In this document: positions 21,283 to 30,300 of the stretch, in pieces | How positions within the stretch are numbered: the stretch's first letter is position 1 | How the letters are laid out: each line of letters opens with the position of its first letter | Source: Gammaproteobacteria bacterium | GTDB lineage: Bacteria; Pseudomonadota; Gammaproteobacteria; Eutrophobiales; Eutrophobiaceae | NCBI GenBank assembly: GCA_965221695.1 | Contig: OZ244905.1 | Location: 2,304,001-2,368,000 of the forward strand | DNA length: 64,000 nucleotides | Reading direction: 5' to 3' | Position numbers and translations under genes: made by a program | Notes under the pieces: generated by a model | Database searches by the model: none | The model's input: the letters and a program-made list of their open reading frames with translations, nothing else | What the model was told of the DNA's origin: nothing

Positions 21283-21317
21283 TTAGGGAAACTCTGACTT
21301 AATCAGAGGTTCCTTAG
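21283..21317. repeat. Short palindromic IS5-end-like element flanked by TTAG direct repeats
   Basis: TTAG GGAAACTCTGACTTAATCAGAGGTTCC TTAG; a half copy lies at ~21234-21256. Confidence 0.65.
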
Positions 21318-21322
21318 GTGGG

Positions 21323-24300
21323 TTGGTTATTTACGGATCAAGAGTTGGCGCTTTTTTGAGGGGATTTTTGTTGATTTTTCGCAAACCACTTCGTTTCTTC
21401 CAAGCAGTGCCCGCGGTGTGCCTGGGTCTTGCCTGCTTGCTTGCTGTGAGCGCCTCCGCCCAGGCGCAGCAGGCGCGCACGCTGACCTTTACCTTCTCCG
21501 ACGACGGCAGCACCGTGTCCATCGACGCCGCTGGCAGTTTGGATTTCTCAGCATCCGGTTCCCTGCCTGATTCAACGATCGGAATCGAAGACGCCATTTA
21601 TTTCGATGATACTGATATCTGGGCCATCGGGGCGGACTCGTCCGGCCTCAACAGCCTGATGGGTCAGTATCAACTCTCTGGCTTGACGACCACGGTTGTT
21701 GAGCCTTTCTCAGGTTCCCCTACAGCCGAAAACTTGCCCAACTATAGTGCCGAATTCTTCCTCCGATTCAGCACCTTCCACAACAGGATGCGGGTAGACC
21801 CGGATAATCTCACAGGGACAATCTACGACCCGACGGGAGACAGGGTCACGTTCACGGGCACCCTGCAAAGCACCTTGGGCGACAACGACTTCCATATCGA
21901 ACACGCGTTCGGCAATCAGAAGATCGTTTTCAAGACAGCGGCCCCAGCCACGGTGCCCCCCGCCGCGCCCACGGGCTTGAGCGCCGCGCCGGGCGACACC
22001 GAAGCCACCCTGACCTGGGCCAACCCGAACGATTCCAGCATCACCAAGTACCAGGTGCGCTACGGCGCCGGTTCAACCGTGCCGGCCACCGCAACCTGGG
22101 GTGATATTTCCGGCAGCGACGACGAGACCACGACCCATACAGTAACGGGCCTGACCAACACCACCCAATACGCGTTCGAGATTCGCGCAGTCAATGTGAC
22201 CGGCAACAGCGACGCCTCGGCCACGGTGACGACCACCCCCGCGCTGGCGATACCTGACGCCCCGACCAGCCTCACGGCAACGGCGGGCAACGCCCAGGTC
22301 ACCCTGACGTGGACGAACCCGACCAACGCCAGCACACTGACCAACATCCAGGTCCGCTACAAGGCCACCGCAGACCTGCCGTTTAATGACAACACCGATA
22401 CGTGGACTGACCTGGCCGCAACAACCACGACCTACACGGCCACGGGCCTGACCAACGGCACGGGTTACACGTTTGCCGTACGCGCCACCAACACCGCCGG
22501 CAACAGTACTCCGGCGACGGCCACGGCCACGCCAACGCTGCCGGCCCCGTCCGCGCCCACGGGCCTGTCTGCGGCAGCGGGCGACACGCAGGTGACTCTG
22601 AACTGGACCGACCCGAACGACGACACCATCACCAAGTACCAGGTGCGCTACGGCGCCGGGTCCACCGTACCCGCCACCGCCACCTGGGGGGACATCACCG
22701 GCAGTGGCGCGACCACCATCAGCCACGACGTGACCGGCCTGACCAACGGCACGCAATATGCATTCGAGATTCGCGCAGTCAATGCGACCGGTAACAGCGA
22801 CGCCTCGGCGACGGTGACGACAACGCCCACAGCGCCAACCCCGGTGCGCACGTTGACCTTCACCTTCTCCGACGATGGCGCCACCACCACCATTGCCGCC
22901 TCCGGAAGCCTGGATATGTCTGGCTTCACAGATGTCGGGGATACCGTGCCGCAACACGTCATTTACATCAAGATAGACGATACCGATGAACTCTGGGCTT
23001 TTCATCCGGCGTCGCTGAGCAACGGCGCCCCATCGAGGCGCTACGAGGATCTGCCGGACTTCATAAAGACCGGCTTGAGTTCCTATACGGGTTACACCGA
23101 AATACTAAACCTGGCCAACTACAGCAACGATTTCACCATCCTGTTCAACACCTACCGCAAGTACATGGTCGTGGACAAGGCCAGCCTCAACGGGGACATC
23201 TATAACCCGACGGGCAAGACGGTAACGTACTCCGGCACTGTGCTCGATACCTTGGGCGACAACGATTTCCACATTGAGCTTGCGCTTGGCAACCAGAAGA
23301 TCGTTTACACGGCAACACCGCCGCCGGCGCCCGCCGCGCCCACCAACCTGAGCGCCACCGCCGGTGACACCGAAGTCACCCTGAACTGGGCCAACCCGAA
23401 CGATTCCAGCATCACCAAGTACCAGTTCCGCCAGGCCCAAGGCGCAACCGTGCCCGACAGCACCGCTTGGACCGACATCACCGGCAGCGGCGCCACGACC
23501 ACGAGCCACAAGGTAACGGGCCTGACCAACACCACCCAATACGCGTTCCAGATCCGCGCGGTGAACGCCAACGGCGACAGCGACGCCTCCGGCACCGTCA
23601 CCGCAACCCCGGCACTGGCCGTTCCCGCCGCGCCGACGGAATTCAGCGCCACCGCCGGCAATGCCCAGGCCAGCTTGAGCTGGACGCTGCCGACCAACGC
23701 CAGCGTGATCGGCGACGTGCAGGTGCGCTGGAAGGCCACCGCCGACCTGCCCTTCAACGACGCCACCGACACCTGGACGGGGCTCAGCGACGGCACAGCC
23801 ACCAGCTACATCGCCACCGGCCTGACCAACGGCACCGGCTACACCTTCGAAGTGCGCGCCACCAACACCGCCGGCAACGGCGCCGCGGCAACCGCCACGG
23901 CCACGCCCGCCATGCCGCCCGCCGCGCCCACCGGCCTGGCCGCCACCGCGGGCGACAGTACGGTCACGCTAAACTGGACCAACCCCAACGACTCCAATAT
24001 CACCACATACCAGCTCCGCTACGGCGCGGGCGCCACCGTGCCGGCCACTGCAACCTGGGGCGACATCGCCGGCACCACCAGCCACACCGTCACCGGCCTG
24101 ACCAACGGCACCCAATACGCGTTCGAGATTCGCGCGGTGAATGCCGGTGGGCCGGGCCCGGCTTCAGAGCATGTGGTAATGCGGCCCGGCCCGCCGCTGC
24201 AACCGAGCGGCTTCCAGGTGGTGGGCGGCAACGCCCAGGTGACGCTGAGCTGGGACGATCCTCCTTCCGATACCACCATTACCAGGTATCAGCTTCGCCG

Positions 24301-27300
24301 CAAGGTGGGAACGAGCTTCTCCGACAGCGACACCTGGAGCGACATCGCCAACAGCGGCCCGACCATCACCACCCATACCGTCACCGGACTGACCAACGGC
24401 GCCACCTGGGCCTTCCAGATCCGAGCGGTGAACGCCGCTGGCGCCGGGCCGGCTTCCGAAACCCTCACGATGTTGCCGCGCGCCAGCAACCGGGCGCCGG
24501 TGTTTCGAGGCGCCGTATTCAGAAGCGACGGAGAAGTTCTATCCTCTAGTTACAGAAATGCCAGGTTGACGAAAGGATTTTCCCCAAGATTCTCAGACCC
24601 GGACGGCGACGAATTGACCTTCACCTGGACGACGAATCCGCCGCAAGCCAATATCGACGTGCGTATCGAGGGACCCGGCTGGAGCACGGTCAATCCAGAA
24701 TCACAATATCTGCGCTACAGGGCAACGGGGCCGGTGGAGCGGACGACCCTGACCCTGACGGGGACGGATCCCTACGGGCTTTCGGTCTCGACATCCACCG
24801 TCGTGACGACGAGCAACACCGCCCCAAAGGCGAAGAGTCCGCCCTATCCGGATCAAACCCTGGCGGTCGGCAACACATTGACGGTCAACTTGACGGACAT
24901 GTTCATCGATGACGAGGGTGACAATATACGTTTGTTCCTGCGCACCCCGGACAACGGCAATAACATCGACACAACGGCCTTAGATTGGGGCGCAATTAGC
25001 GTGCTTGCCCACACGCCTGGAGAAGAAGTCTTTAGCGTGACTGTAAAAGACATCTTTGGAGCCGAGGCGTCCGACAGCTTCAAGGTTACCGTCATCGCAG
25101 CGGCGGCCAAACCTACGGGGCTCACGGCCGCCTCAGGCAACGGGCAGGCGGTCCTGACATGGACCGACCCCGGCGACAGCAGCATCACCAAGTACCAGTT
25201 GCGCCACAAGGCGGGCACGAGCTTCTCCAACAGTGACGACAGCCTGTGGACGGACATCACCGGCAGCGGCGCTTCCACCACCAGCCACACCGTGACCGGG
25301 CTCACCAGCGGCACGGCATACGTCTTCCAGGTTCGCGCCCTGAATGCGGGCGGCGTCGGCACCCCCTCGGACGAAGCAGTGCTGCGGCTCGGTGCGCCAT
25401 TGCAACCAAGCGGCTTCCGGGTGTTGGGCGGCAACGCCCAGGTGACGCTGAGCTGGAGCGATCCTTCCGACGCCACCATCACCAGGTATCAGCTTCGCCG
25501 CAAGGAGGGGACGAGCTTCTCCCCCAGTGACGACAGCCTGTGGGCGGACATCGCCAACAGCGGCGCGACCACGACCACCCATACCGTCTCCGGACTGACC
25601 AACGGCACCACCTGGGCCTTCCAGGTCCGGGCGGTGAACGCCAACGGCGCCGGGCCGGCCTCCGAGACCCTCACGATGTTGCCGCGCGCCAACAACCGGG
25701 CGCCGGTGTTGGGAGGCTCCGTATTCGGAAGCGACGGAGTAGTACTGCCCTCTCGTTACAGAAATGTCAGGCTGACGAAAGGATTTGGCCCAAGATTCTC
25801 AGACCCGGACGGCGACGAACTGACCTTCACCTGGACGGCGAACCCGCCGCAAGCCAATCTCGACGTGCTTATCGCGGAACCCGGCTACAGTGACGCTTAT
25901 CCTGACGCGCACTATCTGCGCTACAGGGCGACGGGGGCGGTGGAGAGGACGACACTGACCCTGACGGGGACGGATCCCTACGGACTGTCGGTTTCGACAT
26001 CCGCCGTCGTGACGACGAGCAACACCGCCCCGAAGGCGAAGAGTCCACCCTATCCGGATCAAACCCTGGCGGTCGGCAACACATTGAGGGTCAACCTGAC
26101 GGACATGTTCGTCGATGACGAGGGTGACCGAATACGCTTGTACCTGCGCACCCCTGACAACGGCAACAACGTCAACACAAGGGCCATAGATTGGGGCGCA
26201 TTTAGAGTGATTGCCCACACGCCTGGCGAAGAAGCCATTGAAGTGACTGTAGATGACATCTTTAGGGGGGAGGCATCCGATATCTTCAAGGTAACCGTCA
26301 TCGCGGCGGCGGCCAAACCGGCGGGGTTCACGGCCACCTCGGGCGACACGCAGGCGGAGCTGGCCTGGACCGATCCGGGCGACAGTGGCATCACCAAGTA
26401 CCAGTCGCGCCACAAGGCGGGCACGAGCTTCTCCGACGGCGACGACAGCCTGTGGACGGACATCGACGACAGCGGCGCTTCCACCACCAGCCACACCGTG
26501 ACCGGGCTCACCAACGGCACGGCATACGTCTTCCAGATCCGCGCCGTGAATGCGGGCGGCCCGGGCGCCGCCTCCGACACGACGACGGCGACGCCCGTCA
26601 CCGACTTGATGCCGGACTTCGGCACGGCGACGGTGGCCGACCAGAGCTACGTGCAGAATACGCAGATCACGACGCTGAACCTGCCGCAGGCCACCGGCGG
26701 CGACGGTACGCTGACGTACAGCCTGAGCCCGGATGCCCCGGATGGCCTGGCCTTCGACGCTGCGAACCGAACCCTGTCCGGCACGCCGACCACGGGCCAG
26801 GCCGCCACGGCGTACACCTACACCGCCACCGACGCGGACGGCGACACGGCGAGCCTGACGTTCAACATCACCGTCATGGCGCTGCCGGATAAACCCACGG
26901 GTCTGACCTCGGTTGGGACCGACGCCAAGGTGACTCTGTCATGGACGAACCCGGGCGATGCCACCATCACCAAGTACCAGGTGCGTCACGCCGCCGCCGC
27001 ATTCGTCCCCGAAGAAACAATCTGGACGGACATCACCGGCAGCGGCGCCGGCACCACCAGTCACGACGTCACCGGCCTGACCAACGGCACCCGCTACGCA
27101 TTCGAGATCCGCGCGGTCAACGCCGGCGGCGCCGGCGCCGCCGCCACCATCAGGGGCACGCCGGTCATGGCGCGCACGCTGACCTACACCTTCTCCGACG
27201 ATGGCGCCACCGTGACCATCGCCGCCTCGGGCAGCGTGGATCTTCGGGGCTTCGATTTCAATGAAACTTCGAGTCTTGTGCCGGGCGGCCAACAATCCAT

Positions 27301-30300
27301 CAAGATCGACGCTTCGGATTCGGGCGCTTCCAACGTTTGGGCGATTCAACCGCCCAACGACATATGGGTCAGGACCTACGCATCGCTGCCGAATTTCGTG
27401 ACCACCGGCAGAGGTTCCTATGAAGGCTCCAGCAGCCTCAGCCAGATGATGGGCTACAGCGCCAATTTCCACATCCGTTTCGAGACATCCGGCAATTTCC
27501 TGCAATTGGACGATGCCAACTTGAGTGGATACATCTACGAGATTTCGGACGGGGTGGCGACGTTCACGGGCACTCTCGACGGCTTGCTGGACGACGACTT
27601 CCGCGTCGAACACACGATCGGCAATCAGAAGATCGTTTTCACCAGCGCGGCGCCGGGCGCGCTGCCGAACGCGCCCAACCTTACGGCCGCAACGGCTGGC
27701 GACACGCAGGTTGAACTGACCTGGACCGATCCGGGCGACGCCAGCATCACCAAGTACCAGGTGCGCCACGGCGAGGGCCAGACAGTGCCGAGCAGCGCGA
27801 CCTGGGCGGACATCACTGGCAGCGGCGCCACGACCACAACCCATACGGTGATGGGTCTGACCAACGGCAAAGCGTACGCCTTCGAGATTCGCGCGGTGAA
27901 CGCCTCCGGCTACAGCGACGCCTCGAACACCGTCTCCGCAACGCCATTGGCGAAACCGTCGGCGCCGGCGGGCCTGGCGGCGGCGGCGGGCAACGCCAAG
28001 GCGACGCTGACCTGGACGGACCCGGGCAACGCCAGCATCACCAAGTACCAGGTGCGCTACGGCGCCGGCTCCAGCGTACCGGCCACCGCCAACTGGGAGG
28101 ACATCCCCGGCAGCGGCGCCACGACCGTGCGGCACGAGGTGACGGGCCTGACCAACGGCACCCAATACGCCTTCGAAATCCGCGCGGTCAACGCCTCCGG
28201 CGGCAGTGACGCTTCGGATACCGTCACCGCGACGCCAGCCAGCGGTGTGCCAAGCTTCGGCGACCAGACGGTTGACGACCAGAACTACATCCTGAACACG
28301 GCCATCGCGACCCTGACGCTGCCCGCGGCAACCAGCGACGAAGTCCCGCTGACCTACAGCCTGACCCCGAACGCTCCGGCGGGCCTGGCCTTCGACGCCA
28401 CCAACCGCTCGCTCACTGGCACGCCCACCGCGGTCCAGAGCGAGACGGCCTACACCTACACGGCCACCGACAGTGACGGAGACGCGGTGAGCCTGACGTT
28501 CAACATAACCATCGCGGCGAACGAGATGCCTGACTTCGGCACGGCGACGGTGGCGGACCAGAGCTACACGCAGAACACCGCGATCACGACGCTGAACCTG
28601 CCCGCGGCCACCGGCGGCGACGGCACGCTGACGTACACGCTGACCCCGGATGCGCCGGCGGGTCTGACGTTTGACGCCGCCAACCGCAGGCTGACCGGCA
28701 CGCCGACGGGGACGCAGGCGGCGACGGCCTACACCTACACCGCCACCGACGCGGACGGTGACACGGCGAGCCTGACGTTCAACATCACGATCACGGCGCT
28801 GCCAGTGCCATCGGCGCCGACGGACCTGGCGGCGGCAGCCGGCAACGCCCAGGCGACGCTGACCTGGACGGACCCGGGCAACGACAGCATCACCAAGTAC
28901 CAGGTGCGCTACGGCGAAGGCGCGACCGTGCCGTCCACCGCCACCTGGGCGGACATCCCCGGCAGCGGCGCCACGACCGTGCGACACGAGGTGACGGGGC
29001 TGACCAACGGCACCGAGCACGCTTTCGAGGTCCGGGCGGTGAACGCCAGCGGCGAGGGCGCGGCCGCCGGGCCGGTGACGGCGACCCCCGCCGCCGACAC
29101 GACGCCGAGCTTCGGCACGGCGACGGTGGCGGACCAGAGCTACACGCAGAACACGGTGGTCACGACGCTGAACCTGCCCGCGGCCACCGGCGGCGACGCC
29201 CCACTGACGTACACGTTGACGCCGACCCCGCCGGCGGGCCTGACGTTTGACGCCAGCGCTCGCACCTTGACCGGCACGCCGACCACCGCCCAGACGGCCG
29301 CCGAATACACGTACAAGGTGACTGACAACGACGGCGATGCGGCCGAGCTGAAGTTCAACATCCGCGTCGCAGCGAACCTGACGCTGACGGGCCTGGCCGA
29401 CGCCACGGTGAACGAGAATGTGGCGCACACGGATGCGGCGACGCTGACCAATGCCATCGGCGCGGTGACCTGGTCGCTGGGCGGGACCGACGGCGGTCTG
29501 TTCCGGCTGACGGCCACCAGCGCCGCGGGGGCGACGGTGAACCTGGCGGGGCAGGACTATGAGAACCCGGCGGACGACGGCGCCAACAACACCTACGTGT
29601 ACACCCTGACGGCAACGGATTCGGACGGCAACTCGGTGACCTCGGACCCGTACACGGTGACGGTGAGCGATGTGAACGAGACGGCGAACCTGACGCTGAC
29701 GGGCCTGGCCGACGCCACGGTGAACGAGAATGTGGCGCACACGGATGCGGCGACGCTGACCAATGCCATCGGCGCGGTGACCTGGTCGCTGGGCGGGACC
29801 GACGGCGGTCTGTTCCGGCTGACGGCCACCAGCGCCGCGGGGGCGACGGTGAACCTGGCGGGGCAGGACTATGAGAACCCGGCGGACGACGGCGCCAACA
29901 ACACCTACGTGTACACCCTGACGGCAACGGATTCGGACGGCAACTCGGTGACCTCGGACCCGTACACGGTGACGGTGAGCGATGTGAACGAGACGGCGAA
30001 CCTGACGCTGACGGGCCTGGCCGACGCTACGGTGAACGAGAATGTGGCGCACACGGATGCGGCGACGCTGGCCAATGCCATCGGCGCGGTGACCTGGTCG
30101 CTGGGCGGGACCGACGGCGGTCTGTTCCGGCTGACGGCCACCAGCGCCACGGGGGCGACGGTGAACCTGGCGGGGCAGGACTATGAGAACCCGGCGGACG
30201 ACGGCGCCAACAACACCTACGTGTACACCCTGACGGCAACGGATTCGGACGGCAACTCGGTGACCTCGGACCCGTACACGGTAACCGTGGACGATGTGGA

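Noticed and set aside
26939-30052. 1037-aa minus-strand ORF and other long antisense ORFs in the adhesin
   Set aside because: Arg/Gly-rich shadow ORFs of a GC-rich repetitive gene.
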